Below, piece after piece: positions 39,901 to 55,200 of a DNA stretch of 64,000 nt. The DNA is from Eledone cirrhosa (Eukaryota). Location of the stretch: positions 271,312,001 through 271,376,000 of the forward strand of contig OZ024742.1 of assembly GCA_964016885.1 (NCBI GenBank), written 5' to 3'. A program made the translations under genes and the position numbers. The notes beneath the pieces were generated by a model. The model was not told where the DNA came from. It did no database searches and was given only the letters and a program-made list of their open reading frames with translations. Numbering within the stretch: position 1 is the stretch's first letter; each line of letters begins with the position of its first letter.

Positions 39901-41454
39901 TCCAGAACGTCAAGCAACTATGAAGTGAATCGTTAATGCCTTAAACGTTCCTTTGAATAGCTTTATGGAGTGAACGAGCCAACCAAGCGGTGTCTACACC
40001 GTAGCTTAGACTGGTAGAAATAGTAACCCTGTATAGCTAAAAGAAAATCCTACTTCCTTAAAATCGAAAGCAAATTTAATAATGTAATTCTATCTTGAAT
40101 GCCTTGGTTCATATGCCTATCACAATCATTGCGGTTAAACAAGGTCTAAACAATGAAAACTGTAGAAGAGGTTTTGTTGTCGAAACACATTTTCAGTGGA
40201 ATTTCATGCCTGCTTTTGCGTTCACACATTAATAATCTTCAGAGATTTTGAGTAAAAAGAAACCAACAAATGTTATTCACAAACGTTCTCATCGAATCAG
40301 TGATATCATAGATCAAACTGAGCCACATACCTACGACATTTTCTATTAAAACAACAACAATAGTGAAACAACAATAACCACCACGGCAACAACAACAACT
40401 AACAACAATAAAAAGAACTAAAAGGAAACGTCTATAGCAGACAGAAATTAATAAATTGGTTTCTGCATTTACAGTTCTCATTGATGTTAATGAAAAGAAG
40501 AGAGTTGCTAACAAAGAGAATTTTCCTTTCTTATTCATTCTATCTACCTCTATTCATCTGCCTTCATACATCTCATTTTCTCTTAACTTCTAACTGCTTT
40601 CTTTTTTCCACTTTCTTTTATTCTTACATCACTTCACTATTTCATTGATTATTTTTAAGGTTTCATTTGGTTTTCATTATTCGCTTTTATTTCCTAAGTT
40701 CTTTTAATGTTTCATTCCTTGCATTTTTATCTATTATTTAGAGTATTTAGTTATTTATATGTTTAGTAAAAGGGGAAACAGAAAGACTGTGTATGTGCAT
40801 ATGTGTGTGATAGTGTGCGCGCGCGCGCTCGCGTACGCAGGTGTGTAGTCATGTGTTGCAGGTTGGGAGGTGGTTACTGATGGAAACTTACTGAATAAGG
40901 TGAAATTGGTCACATGATGTTTCTATGAGAATTAAACGACAAGCGAACTTAGGATAAAACCTAAAAAGAAAAATAAATTATAGAGAATGGTTTCTGTCTG
41001 AAAGAATACGCGTGAGTGTATATTTGTACTTAAAAACACACACACATACATACACATGCACACACATATATACCTATATATACTCAATACGAGATGCTCT
41101 GTATATGATTATATGTAAGAGTATGTATAATGTCGAGTTTAAACAGCACAGCAACACATTAATCGTGAATGATTTTGCTAACAAAGAACTGTTGAAAAAT
41201 ATATTCCTCTTAAAAAGGAAATAAATTCAATCTATTTTAATATGTCTTTTAATCTAAACAATAAATTGGCTGCATCCATATATGAGAAATCGTATGAAGG
41301 AACATTATAAGTAACGGGGAAAGTGAGAAATCTTCTAAAGAATCGAGAAAATGAAGGGAGAAAAATATTATATAATTAACTTTATATATAAGAAAACAGT
41401 AAACGAAAAAAGCGTCTAAATATGTAATAGAAATTATAAACATGTAGTCTTACA

Positions 41455-41820
<366 letters not shown>

Positions 41821-42243
41821 CATATATATTTTAGCATATATAACGATTCACGGGATGCATAATCTTGATAAAGAGAAGTGTGTGCTACTATTAGTGTGTG
41901 CAATTAAAGGCTAAATTAGGATTGGAATATTCGCTCTAACATACCAGATACAAACATGTAAAATCGCTTGGTATGCAAACGAGGCTAATCAGCCCATGTA
42001 TACTATAGAACATACTACATATGTTCAACAGATCAATCGAGTAGTAGAGAGATATACTATAATAAGGAAGGGAAAAGACCGGAAACATATTGGAAGCGCC
42101 TTGATAATATTGAGGATAACAAAATGAGGCTGTTTGCTTGCAAACGAATCAAATATTATTATTCGATACATCCCACATTTACATTTATTTATCTGCCTTG
42201 TTAGTGCGAACATTGAAAGTCTAATTTTGTGTATATATATATG

Positions 42244-42304
<61 letters not shown>

Positions 42305-42394
42305 TTGTGTCTGTGAATACATATATATATATGTAAATATATTCAAATATACATACATATATATATATATAATTCTTCATTAAAACATACATAT

Positions 42395-43481
42395 TCCCAA
42401 TCTTACTCGACATCACCTTTCACCTCCACCCATCCAACCCATACCAAACACTCCATACCCTATTCCCAATTGCTCCGTCTTCTTCAGCTCTGTAGCCAGG
42501 ACGACGATTTCAAAACCCATTCCCTTCGCATCGCTTCCTGCTTCATCCAGCGTGGATATACCCCACACTGATCCAAACTGTTCTCACCCGCGCCAGTGAA
42601 ACAGACCGCACCACAGCCCTCTCACATCACCCCACCCTCCCAACACCCGCATTCCTTTCCCTCTCACCTACCACACCATCACCCTACCACTCCCCCGCCG
42701 ACATATCCGTTTCTTCCTCATCCTCTCTTCTGCCCCCTTCACTTGTCGCTTTTGTCCAAATCCATCCATTACTGATTTTAAACGCGCCCGCAACCTCCGT
42801 GACCTCCTGGTTCGCAGTTCATTATCTTCCTCTCCCACAACACCATCCTTGTTCCCGTTCCCGCTGCAACACTTGTCCGTTCATTTGCACCCTCACCACT
42901 CTCACAGGCCCTAACGGGACTTTCCGTATCCGCCACTCGTTCACCTGTACATCCACCTGCATTGTCTATAACCTCCGGTGTTCCCTTTGCGGGTCTTTAT
43001 ATATCGGACAAACGGGACCCGTATGACGGCCAGTTTTGCCGAGCATTTGAGGGACATCCGACTCGGTTTGGATACTCCTGTCGCCCGTCATTTCTGTTCT
43101 CCTGGTCATTCTTCGTACATGTTTCAGTCCCTGGTGTCCTTTTACATCATGGATCACAGGCCTCACGCACCAGGAATGAACATAGTCTGATTCACCGCCT
43201 TGGGTTCTATACCCCTCTTGGACTCAACTCACCTCCCCAATTTCTCTAATACCCCGTCCATTATCACACCTCTAGTTCCTATCCTTTCACTTGATCATTA
43301 ACATCTCCTCTTACAACTAATGCAGGCCGACTATATATATGCTCACTCCACCTTTTCCTTCACTGCTCTGTATGCGCACATAAACACCCTTGTATTAACA
43401 TACTTTTGCTTGTACTTACGTTCACACACACTATGTTACTCACATATACACACACATTTCTTCTTAGCTTCGTACGGACGT

Positions 43482-43546
<65 letters not shown>

Positions 43547-43890
43547 ACACAGACACACATGCTTACGCACGTGAACAAGTATAGCTCTTTTTACAAAACG
43601 GTTTTTTTTTCATGCAGGTAGACGCGCTCCATCATTCACTTTTCTAAAAAAACAAATTATACACAAAACGTCAGCACCAACAGTTTTGCAATAGTTGTCA
43701 ATACGAATGGACCTGTTATTTTTATCTAAAGACATTGTTTCCAATTCCTACACGCCCGACCCCTCATTCTATCTCTTTTCTCATTCTTTATGAAGGACTA
43801 ACGTCCGAAATGTTAAGACCCTCTTCCTGCTATATCCCTTCCATATACTATACCGATTGTGTTGTCATTTCTGTTTAACTTTTAAATACA
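42395..43890 (+). mobile_element. Decayed canonical PLE 3' part (thumb, Cys linker, GIY-YIG, 3' UTR, pLTR)
   Basis: IPYSQLLRL..LCS, RGYP-like, C.RSRCNTCP, FTCTSTCIVYNLRCSLCGSLYIGQT, FAEHLRDIR..TPVARHF, TPLGLN. Confidence 0.85.
43785..43818 (+). ncRNA. Degenerate minimal hammerhead ribozyme of the 42395-43890 PLE
   Basis: TCTTTATGA A GGAC TAAC GTCC GAAA TG TT AAGA; the CTGATGA core is mutated. Confidence 0.55.
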
Positions 43891-44502
43891 CACACATATA
43901 TATATATATATATATATGCATGTGTGTTTCTGTCCATGTATGTATGCATGCAGGAATGAATACAATGAGCCAGTGATTCTAACTCTTAGCACTATCATAT
44001 ATTTTGGTTTCTATTAATTCCTTGGGGAATTCTTTGACCAACTGCTTTGCTGATTTGTTTATTTATTTTGAAAAAAAACGTTATTCTTTCTCTAAGTCTT
44101 ATTTTGAAGATATTTTTTAAAGCAAAGGATTGGCCCCTAAAATACTACATCGGACCCCTGAAATGCTACCGTGGCCCCTAGAGTGCTACTGTGGGTCTCC
44201 TGGCGGCAACCTGGCAACCTGGCCAGTGCGCCACTACAAGCATTCAGTAAACTAGGATGCAATTCATTTCAAGCACTGAAGGGAGCAGACAAACAAAACA
44301 AAAGCTTAAATTTTTTGGTCCACTAACTTCCACACATAATTGCCTCGGAAATGTTACCTTTCACTTAATGTTGCTCTCTAATGAAATCACGATAGCGATC
44401 ACCATTGAAATATGTACTCCGGCTCAATTAATAAAGGACTCTTAAACATCTGCACATCCAAATTGTCCTTATTAGATATAAATAACTATGAAATTCAGCA
44501 TA

Positions 44503-44580
44503 AATAATTATTTCTACATTTGGCAGAAGGCCAGAAATTATCCCAGTGCATTACTGGTTCTTTATTTTATCGACTACCGT
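44503..44580 (-). mobile_element. Nin-type SINE 3' fragment
   Basis: GGCCAGAAATTATCCCAGTGCATTACTGGTTCTTTATTTTATCGAC matches 7237-7282. Confidence 0.75.
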
Positions 44581-44589
44581 AAATAATAG

Positions 44590-47500
44590 TGAGTGAACTG
44601 TTGAGGTATTCAGACGTGATTTTAAGCCTGGTCTGAAGTCAGGAGCAAGCTACTGAGCCGAAAGCACCCGATCTGTCTTCTGGGTGAAAAGAAAAAAATT
44701 ACATTTTGTAACAACGTGTTTACCTACAAACATGAAACTTGTTATCGGCTTCAAATTATTATTTTTTTCCAACAGAATTCGTCGATTTCAACCGTTTTTA
44801 AACTTTTAAGTTTTTAAACTTGATAAGAGTTTTAAAGAAGTGACCCACCTAATACAGGGGTTCACTAGTAAATAATACGGCACTCACTCATGGTGTGTCG
44901 TATTATGTGAAAAGGGAAAAAAAAACGTTTTGAATAAAAATGTTTTTCAAACATGGATAACACAAGAAAGAGAGAGTGCGCTTTCAGACAACACAGAGAG
45001 AGGGAGACTTTGTCAACATATCAACAAGACAGCGTTCTAGCGAAGGTGAATATAAAAGAAAATGTTACGAAGGATAAGAGGAACAAAATCATTTTTAATG
45101 ATATTGTTTCAGATTTAAAATTACCAAATATTTCTAACACAAACAACACCAACAATAACACCAACAACAACAGCATCAATAACAACAGCAACCACAAAAA
45201 TAACAGTGGTAAAGTCGAGAACGACAATAACAATGACAATAACAACAGCCACAACAACAATAATAGTAGGAACAGTATCAACAAAAACAACAATAATAAC
45301 AACAGCCACAATAACAGTAACAACAGCAACAGTACGAAAACAACAACATCAACAGCAACAACAGTACCAACGAAAACATCAACAATGACATCGATACCTG
45401 TAACAGTACCACCAGCAAGACCAGTAACAGCAGCAGTTTTGGTGCTGCTGAAAAAGGGACCACTTCTTTTGCAGGTGTCGCCTGAAATATCGAAACAGTT
45501 TTAGTCACAGAGGAGGAAATGGCAGTGGCAATGGCCTTGGTGACAAGAAATGACAATAGAGTTTCCTTGAAACATCTACTCGATTTGTTCAAGGGCCAAA
45601 TTACCGCACCGTAAGCAAAATGTCACATTGGGTGGAGAGAGCCACGGAGGCTCAAATCCAAAAAGCCTTGGGCTGCTTCTGGGCACGCAAAACACATATC
45701 ACTCGAGGCAGAAAGTACGCTCCAGTAGACGTACTTTTCGCCACACCCCAAGAAGCGTAGTCTCTCTCTTTGGAAACCCTAAAGAGTGAGGAGATAGTCT
45801 TGGTGTCATCCTACTGCGGGCAGAAAATTGTGAGGGTCAAAGTAACCAGGTCCCACCCACGTGCCCATACCATGGCTCGCCGCGTCTGTCCTTGATGAAT
45901 CGAGGACAGGACGACCATACTGCAAGTAGAGAAAATAGGGAGAACTGGTCACGTATAGGAATGAAAATGGGGTCACCTCTGTGCCATTTGCAGCAGAAGA
46001 TAGCAAAGAAGAAGGCACCTCTTCATCCAATACCTGGCCCGCTGCTACCAAGAGCAGGGCAGGCAACAAAGGCAGAAAACCCTTCCATGGTGAGTAGGAT
46101 GGCAACGTCCGTGGCACCCGTACCAAGGCCACGGACAACTAAATCAGCAGCATCAGTGGCGGCAACACGAGTAGCTACATTTGCAATATCTGCGCCAGCA
46201 ACAAAATTGCCGAAGTGGGCTCGACTACCCCAACCAAAGCCGTGGAGCACATACCCTTCCCAGACGCCAGAGAATCCGACATGGAATCTGAGGCGGGAGT
46301 GAAGTGGCAAACGGTCTCCCCCCCCCAAAAAAAAAGAAAAAACCATTAAGAGGGGTAAAGGCTGCAAGGAGACTTGCAGCAACACCACCACCATCACCTT
46401 CACACCACAAGCACCACCGCGAACAACAACCACACCACCACCAGCATCACCAAAAACACTAACAACGCAAACAAAACAAAAAACACACACCAAAGAGCAA
46501 CAAGAAGAAAACAGCAACATGATCACCCCCTCCCCCCAAAAAGTACACAGTCATAAACATGGCAAATAAAGAACTCATACAATATATAAAGCAGCACACA
46601 GACATCACATAAAAAACTACTACACCCCACCAACACCAAGAACTCTCCCGACAAACATAAGCATTATTGATATCAAAATAGAACAGTACAAACTTTTAAA
46701 ACAAAAATTCCCCAACGCAGTTGGAGATTTCAGAGGGTTAGTTACCAAGAAGATATACACTGACATCCTCTTGGAAACCCCCATCACCAGTCAAAGGGAC
46801 AGTTCTACTGTCCCTGCACCACACAATGAAGGTAAGTGACCCTCTCTCATTTTCCCCGTTTCTCATCCAACGCGGCCGTACTTAGAATAGGAAGTATAAA
46901 TGCACGTGGCCTGGGGTCATTTTGGAAGCAAGGTCACATGCTCAACGACGTCAGGTCACTAAACATAGATGTGGTGGCCATCAGCGTGAGATAATTTCCG
47001 AAGCACGAGACTTCGCACCGATCTTCGGCGGCTACGATGTATACGCATCTCCCAGCCGTTCAGGATGGGGGGGAGGGGTTGCCGTTCTTTTTCGGAGAGG
47101 TTTGGATCACGCCATACGGGTCATCTTCATGGACCCAGAAGATAAGACAGTGGTGTTGCACGTGACCGGCAGTGAAGGCAATGCTTTCAGGCTAGTATCA
47201 GTCTACGCCTCAACTGGGGCAGGATGGCCAGATTTCTTCAGACGTCTAGAGACCTTTCTTGTAACGTCCCGCTCTTTAGTGTTAGTGGGCGACTGGAACG
47301 GTATCTTGGAATCACGCTGGGATTGTGGAGCTAGTGGATAGGGGAGGACGGTTCATGAGCTTCACCAACCTGCTCAGACGTTTTGAACTGTCTGACAGGT
47401 ATCGACTGGATTACCCGTATGTGCAAATGTGGACATGGACAAACCGCATCGGGTCATCCAGATCGTATCTCGATAGGGTATTCTGCAGAGAACTGGATAA

Positions 47501-50500
47501 GGCTAGTATAAGTTGTCCGCAATTTAAAATAGTCGACTACACAGACCACAAATTTGTGATCTATGAGAGGGACATAGACAAACTTCACAGACAAGGACCC
47601 GGTTACTGGAAGCTTAACGCGTCTTTTCCGGCGCCAATGCTACAGAGACCGGATTGATGTATTAGTTAAGCGGTCGTTGACGAGAACGGTCGTCAACAAC
47701 AGGTCGTGGTTCGCCCTGAAAAGGCCAATTAAAGTAGAGTCGATTATGTTTAGCAAAGGACTAGTAATAGAGGAAAATAGAATAGAGCGAGAGCTAGTCA
47801 GAAAGCTAGAAGAGGCGTTTAGTACAGGCATCGCAACCGACGTGCTTGCGGCGAGATTGGCACTCGACCAATTCTTCAACGCAAAACACGAAGGCTGCGT
47901 TAAAAATGCTAGAGCGCGTGCTCTCTGAAACACGAGGGGACAAAAACCGTCCAATGGGCCCGGGTGGCAGAGGCGCGACGTGGCAACAAAGCCACAATTC
48001 GGTCTTTATCTGATGAAAACGGGCGCGTGATGGTCGAACCCGAGCAGATGTGTGAGGCCGTTCAGCAGGACTTTGCTGAAATGTTCGGTAGCAGCGGCGG
48101 GCCGGATCGGGGTATGGACTTCAGTGCATACCTCTACCTCGACGGACTGCCTCGGCTCTCGACGACCGCAGCACAGTGTTGCGAAAAGCCAATAACACCC
48201 GGTGAAATACGGGAAGCGATGGCTAACTGCACGAGGGGTAAATCGCCAGGTTTGGATGGTCTCTCTTACGAGCTTTATGCATATATGCCAGTCTTGTTCG
48301 GTGACCACTTGGCAAACGTCTACTGAAACTGGCAGCAGAACGGGAGCATTCACAGTTTGTGAGCCAGGAAGCGGTGGAGCTGCTGAGAAAAGACCCGAAC
48401 AAGGGGTATGTTATCGATAACTTCAGGCCCCTAACTCTGTTAAACCAAGAGTTCAAGATTTTGACCAAGGTGTTAGCAACTATATTGGCGCTTTTTGTCG
48501 GGGGTCTGGTGGGAGAGACCCAAATATGCGCCATTCCGGACAGATCCATACACGACAACCTCCACCTCATGCGATACATCGTAGTGATGCTGGTTAAGGA
48601 ACCTGGCACGGGTGGGGCCCTGATCAACTTGGATCAATCCAAAGCATTCGATAGGCTCGACCATCGGTACTCGGTGGCAGTCCTCAAAGCAGCCGTTTTG
48701 GGGCCCGTTTTCAGGGGTTGGATCGCTGCGATGTACAGCGACATCTGCTCAGTTGTGAGGATGAAGGGTCACCTCTCGCATCCGTTCAGAATCATTCGCT
48801 GGGTCCGCCAGAGTTGTCCCCTCTCGTCCTTCTTGTACGTATTGACTCTCAAGTCATTACTTCACAAACCTGGGGGCGATGAGAGGCGTCCCACGCGAAA
48901 TAGGATGCGGGAAATCCGAGTCGGCTTGCGCCGACGACATCCCCTTGGTGGTGTCAAGACCCTACACGTTCAGATGCTCGGCACCACTCTCAAGGACTAC
49001 GATGCGGTGATAGGAGCAAAGATAACGAGGAAAATTCGGTGGGCTTGCAGCTCGGCACCTGGAGAGGCAGGTCCATGCCGTCCGACAGCGTCGTGGGACG
49101 TTGGACGGGCGGACCGATGAAATTGGTGGGGGAAGGTTTCGACCGGACATCCAGATTTTGAGAAACTGGAGCGAGGTGACGAGCTGGGTGGGCTCCCTCA
49201 CCCAGAAATGGTGCGAGAGGAAGCTGTCCCTGAAAGGCCGGGCGGAGGTGGCGAATGCTTACATCGTATCCGTCATCTGCTACTGCCTCACCATCGTCAC
49301 TTGCCCCGACCCAACTCTCACCAAAATCGAGCGCCTCCCTTCCGCTTTTTGTGCAAGGGACGCGCACCCATGGTCAGACGATCCATCTGCTGTCTACACC
49401 CCAGGCGTGGAGGGCTGGGTATGCCATGGCTGATGATGCGCAAACGTGCGCTGAGGCTGTGACTACTCTGGTGCTTCCTTGACGGTGAACAGTTGTGGTC
49501 GCCGTTCACCAGGCACGTTTTTCCACAGCGCGTCTCATTGACGGAGCTGCAATCGTGGGTCAGGAAAGACCGAGGGTTAGCGCTTGGAAACTGGAATGTC
49601 TCCAGGCGTTTACCGCACTCTGCCAGCTGGGCAGCAGTATGAGTGGAACATCCACGTCGGCGTTCTGTAGAAAACTAGTGGAGTGGAAGTGCGACGACGT
49701 TCTCGGAGAGATCCTGGCCGTCGAAGAAAATCAGCTGTTTGCTCTCTTCCGAAGAACTTTCAGCCCAGGGCCTATGGATGACTTCCAAAAATCCCTGCCC
49801 TGGCAGTGATACCAGGGAGCGTTGCCGGTTCGAGATAAGCTCTACAGGCACGGAAGTACCGTCAGCCGAGCCTGTGCGAGATGCGTGCAGAGCGACGAAA
49901 CCGTCGTGGACGCACTCGTTCAGTGCCCGAACATTGCTGACTTGTGGAGCTATGTCGAACAGTTGCTGACGCGTGTAGGACTGATCCGGTTATCGACTGT
50001 GTCCATTGTGCAGATGGTCTCGCCGTCTTCCTTTGAGGAGGAAGGGCAGGTGGTTTTCATATGCCTGGTCGCCATGGCTAAAGAGATTGTGTGGTGGACA
50101 AACAGTTTCCTCTTCGGCGAATCCCTAATTAACTTCTCCAAGTTTCACTTGAAGAGAAAAATCAGGGTGGAGAGACAAGTGCTGCCTTCTAACAAGTTTG
50201 TTGAAAGGTGGGTGAATGTAGCGAGAATGGTCCGAGTGAACGGGACCGCTCTGAATATACGCCTGTAGTTTGAGAAATGGAAAAATTGAGAGAGAGCGCT
50301 TGCCCTGTTGGTCAGGGTGGTCGTGGTCTTCTGTGTGGTTTTCACCACGAGTAACACTCGGAGTTTTCCACCCTATTGGGGAATTTTTAATTGTTTTAAT
50401 TTTCACTTTTATTGTTTATATATATACTAGCAGTGGTACCCGGCGTTGCTCGGGATAAGGTATTTTGGAACGCGAGCCGCCAACAGATCTAATCGTGGAA

Positions 50501-51584
50501 AAACTGCATGACAAGACAATATGTAAAGAAAATAAACCGAATACTCTGATGGCTGGATAATCTTTAAAATTGTCCTCGATGAAGCAGGAAAATGCAGATG
50601 TTTAACTAATGCGGGCCCTAGGGAATCAAGAAAATAAATATTTTTCATGTGCATAATACGCCTTGAAATTTCGGGAAAATCGGCTAGACGTAACGCCTCC
50701 GAAAAGCCCTAAGAAGCTGAAAAAATGAAGTTTTCACCTAATGCGGGCCATAAAAAAGTTGGATTTTCTTTGCTCACGGTATGAAGAAAAGACTGACTAA
50801 TACATAGTTACAATTTCAAGGAAATCGCTCTGATTTAACGTCTCAAAAAACCCCTAAAAACTTTTAAAACGTAGTTGTTTACCTAATGCGGGCCCTAGGA
50901 GATCAAAAACTTGATTTGTTTATGTGTATAACACTTCCTGAAACATAGGTAATACACATGTAAAGTTTGAAAAAGATCGGTTGGGTATTTCTCGAGTTTA
51001 GGGATTCGAACTCACAGGCACACACACACACACTCTCACACACACACACACACACACATACACACACACACACATACACACAGACACACACACACACGCA
51101 CACATATAAACACATATACACATACACACACAGACATCCTCAGGGAAGTGACGTAATGCAGACAGCCAGACATACAGACAGATATTATACGGGCCCGACG
51201 TTATATTTATGTATCCATCTAAAAAGAGAAAGATTAATAATTATAGAGAGAGATCGCTAAATCGCCTAATGCATTCCCTAGGGTATTGTTAATTTGAAAT
51301 TTATTTTGCTCAGAACACTCCCTGAAACATAAGTATTACATGTGTTAAGAGTGAAAACAGTCGTTCGGGTGCTTCTCCAGTTTTAGGAATTCAAACTCAC
51401 ACACACACAGACAGACATCCTCAGTGTTATATATATAGATGTTTCAATGTCTTTTTCTTTTTCTTTTCTTATATAAATAATAAAAATATTTACACGCACG
51501 AAACCCACATCGTACTGACCTTTACCGTCCTGTGCCGTCTGTGATGTTTTTCTTGATGTCAGCCCTTGTGGCCAATAAAAAAAA
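44590..51584 (+). mobile_element. Near full-length L1/Tx1-type LINE (ORF1 about 44953-46820, ORF2 about 46826-50268, frameshifted), 3' UTR interrupted by a Helitron
   Basis: Asn-rich ORF1. APE motifs IGSINARGL, GDWNG, SYLDRV, TDH. RT motifs KSPGLDG, FRPLTLLN, LDQSKAFDR, RQ.CPLS. C-terminal CARC..ETVVDALVQC. AATAAAAAAAA at 51574. Confidence 0.9.
50427..51439 (-). mobile_element. Non-autonomous Helitron
   Basis: On the minus strand it starts A|TC (TCTATATATATAACACTG) and ends CCCGAGCAACGCCGGG hairpin-TACCACTG-CTAG|T, with no TSD. Internal AATGCGGGCCCTAGG repeats. Confidence 0.88.
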
Positions 51585-51594
51585 TCATTATTAT

Positions 51595-52250
51595 TAATGC
51601 CTTTGAGTCTCAGTCGTTGATGTTATTTAACTGGAAAGTTTGTTGAAATGAATATCAAGCCGGTGCCTGCAGCCTCAGATATCCAGGACGTATCGGAGGG
51701 TTCTTTCTGTTCCCAGCAAGCATGCCTTTTGAAGTGTTCCAAAAAGCGGGGCTGGACTAATTTTCTTTGACCATCCCTGGAAACTCTTTGAGATATACCT
51801 AGTCCGCATATGCCAATCGGGACGACATTGATTTCATGGCAGTCCCAAATCCTTTTTAACTCCCACTTTAAGTCCTGGTATCGGTTAATTTTCTCCCTCT
51901 CCTTCTCTTGCACTCTCGTGTCGAATGGGCAGGCTACATCCACAATCAGGCACGATCTGTTTTCCTTGTCCAAAACCACCAGATCAGGTCTATTGTGTTC
52001 CAGTTTCTTGTCCGTCTGTATCCTAAAATCCCACACTAACTTCACATGATCGTTTTCTATCACTGATTCATGCCACTTCTCAGAATGTGGTAAATTTGTT
52101 TACTTTGCATAGGTGCCAGTGGATCAACCTGCCTATCACATCGTGTCTCCAGCCTTTATAGTGAGTCTGGGCTAGGTGTTTACACTCGGATACAATGTAA
52201 GCCACAGATGACTCTCTTTCTACAGATCCTTCACAGTGAGCTAGCCTCCT
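51595..52250 (-). mobile_element. R4/Dong-type LINE 3' fragment (restriction-like endonuclease)
   Basis: SEC..LAQ..Y..RHD, WDFRIQTD..LEHNRPDLVVLD..IVDVACP..EKINRYQDL; ends in (AAT)n. Confidence 0.88.
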
Positions 52251-52289
52251 CCTTATTATTGTTATTGTTATTATGATTACTATTATTAT

Positions 52290-55200
52290 TATTATTTGCA
52301 TTTATCTTGCTTTATGTTCATACGAGTTATCACCAAGTCACAACCAGTGACCTCAAGAGACAACAAGGTCCGCCATGTTCAAGAAAGAACATATATATTC
52401 ACACATGCATCCTTAGTGTTTAGACTTGTGATGTACTTATATTGACAGGATCTTCCTTAGTATATGGGCAGTTCCCATTAGTACTATCTTTTGTATTTCT
52501 CCTATACGCGGGTTTCCTGGGATTTGCGATAAGTAGTCGTTAGACCCCTTAGGTATCATTCCCAGAGCGCCTACAACCACTGGTATTGTTTTAGTTCTCA
52601 ATTTCCACATTTTTCCAATTTCTATCTCCAGGTCCTTATACTTGCTCAATTTTTCAAATGTTTTTATAGATACATTCTTGTCTATTGGAACAGACATATC
52701 AATTAGCAGGCATACCCTCCTTTGAAAGTCCTTCAATATTATATCAGGTCTATTTGCATCTATTTTTCGGTCTGTTTGGATGCTAAAGTTCCACAAGATT
52801 GAGATGTGAACATTTTTCAAGTATGGGAGGTTATTGATGCTCCCACCAATTCTTTTGATGGGGCAGGTCAAAATGCTTACACATTATCCAATGTATGTAT
52901 TGTGCAGCTCTGTCATGCCTGTTTAGGTATTCGGTTGGAGCTATAGAACTGCACATTGAAATTATATGGTCAATGGTCTCTGGTTGTTTTTTGCATACAC
53001 GGCATAATGGGCTGCACCCATTTTTTATTATGTTGGCTTGGTCATTTTTTGTTGGCAGACACTGATCCTGTGCCGATATAATCAGTCCTTCAGTCTCCGA
53101 TTTCAGTCCAGAGGATGCCAACCACTGATGGGTTAAAGTTTTGTCAACATCAGGATTGTTAGCTCGCTCTGGGTATTTTCCATACAGAGGCTTTTCTTGC
53201 CATTTCTTAGCCAGTTTCTGTAGCAGTTCTTTCTTTGCAGTTACTTTTACCTTCTTTGCTTTTTTCTGTGTTTTCCATTTCAGCAGTAAATGGGACTTCT
53301 GAAATGTGTAGTCCATTACTGTATCTTTGTGCATCTTTTGTAATGGAATATGATCTTTTGGTGCTTTCGTGTTTCAAAACGAGTTTGATCATCCAATCAT
53401 GTGATTCCCTTAGATATGTGGATAATCCAATTGTTGCAGTTTTCAACGCTATGTCTAACTGGACTAACCCACGTCCTCCTTCTTTCCTAGGGAGATATAT
53501 TCTATCTATGTCTGCCTTAGGGTGATGCATTCTATGCATGGTTAAGAAATTTCGGATTTTTTTATCGAGCCTACGGATCTCTGTGCTTGACCAGTTGATG
53601 ACATTGTAACTGTAGGTTACTACTGGTATGGCAAGCGTGTTTATGGCATCGATCCTATTCTTTGCATTCAATTCCGTTCTTAAGATCGCTCTGACTCTGC
53701 GGTAACATTCCTTCCTTATCCTTTCCCTCATTTTCGAGTGCTTGATTCCGTCTCCTTCACAAACACCTAGATATTTGTAAGTTTTTTCTTGATAAAGCTC
53801 TCTTATCACGTTCCCCCGATCAAGATTAATGTCTGAACTCTTCAGCAGCTTTCCTCTGGTGAACGTTGCTTTGGCGCATTTATCCAGTCCAAACTCCATT
53901 TTAATGTCATCACTGAACTGCTTCACAGTGGATAATAGCCCTTGCAATTGTTCATCATTTTTTGCAAATAGTTTCATGTCATCCATGTAGAACAGGTGAT
54001 TAATGGTTTTGTCATAGACTCTATATCCATGTTTTGTTTCATTGAGCATTTTACTTAATGGTATAAGTGCGATGCAGAATAAAAGCGGTGATAAAGAGTC
54101 ACCCTGAAAAATTCCACAATTAATATTAACTTCTCCAGCTTCCAGTGATTTTGTTTCACTATTCAAAAGGAGTGTCGTTCTCCATGTCCTCATACTGGAT
54201 GACAAAAACCTCCTGACAACGGGGGATATTTTGAAAATCTCTAAACATTTTTCAATCTAACTGTGTGGCAAACTATCGAATGCTTTTTTATAATCTATCC
54301 AAGCAATCGATAGATTTTTGTGTCTATTATGACAATCTTCCAGTATCATTTTGTTAACCAGAAGCTGATCCTTACGGCCATATGAGCTTCGTTTACGTCC
54401 TTTCTGCTCAATGGGAAATAGGTCATTTGTTATCAGGTGGTCATATGTATATTCAGTTAGGACCGATGTTACAATTTTATACATTGTGATCAAGCAAGTT
54501 ATCGGTCTGTAATTTTTGGGATTGATTGTCTCATCATTCTTCGGAAACAGGAATGTAACGCCGTTAACTAGCCATGATGGTATCTTTTCTGGCACCTTAA
54601 CTATTTCATTGTAATGTTGGGCTAACAGCTCATGAGAATCTGTGAAGGCATTTATCGCAAAATTTGGTATTTTGTCTTTTCCTGGGGATATCCATTTGCT
54701 GGTTCTTCTAAGAACCAAACGCAACTGTTCAACTGTTATATTTTCCCATATTTGTTCCTCAAGGTGAGCTGTATCTTTCATTTGTCTGTCTATCCATGAG
54801 GCATGTATATTATGAACTTTTTTTTGGCCCAGATCTTTTCCCATAATCCTTGCACTTCCTCCTTGGGTGGTATTGATTTAGCAGTTATTGTTGACTTGCC
54901 AATTTTTCTGTAGAAGTTTCTTTGGTTGTTTTTGAACATATTATTGTCCTTATAGAATCTAGATCGCTTTTCAAAGCGCCTTATACGAGCAGCTTTGGCC
55001 GACACTTTTTGCTTGATTATTTCTATCTGCATGTCTATGTCACTTGTTGATTTTATACTGTATTTTCTTTTCAATTTTCTAAGTTTAGTTTGTTTAACAT
55101 GTTCACCTACTTTATAGTTTGTTAAAATTTCTATGTCAGATCGGAGAAGGTTTATTTGGCGATTGATGTTATCTTGCCAAGTAGATTTCTTGAGGGAATT

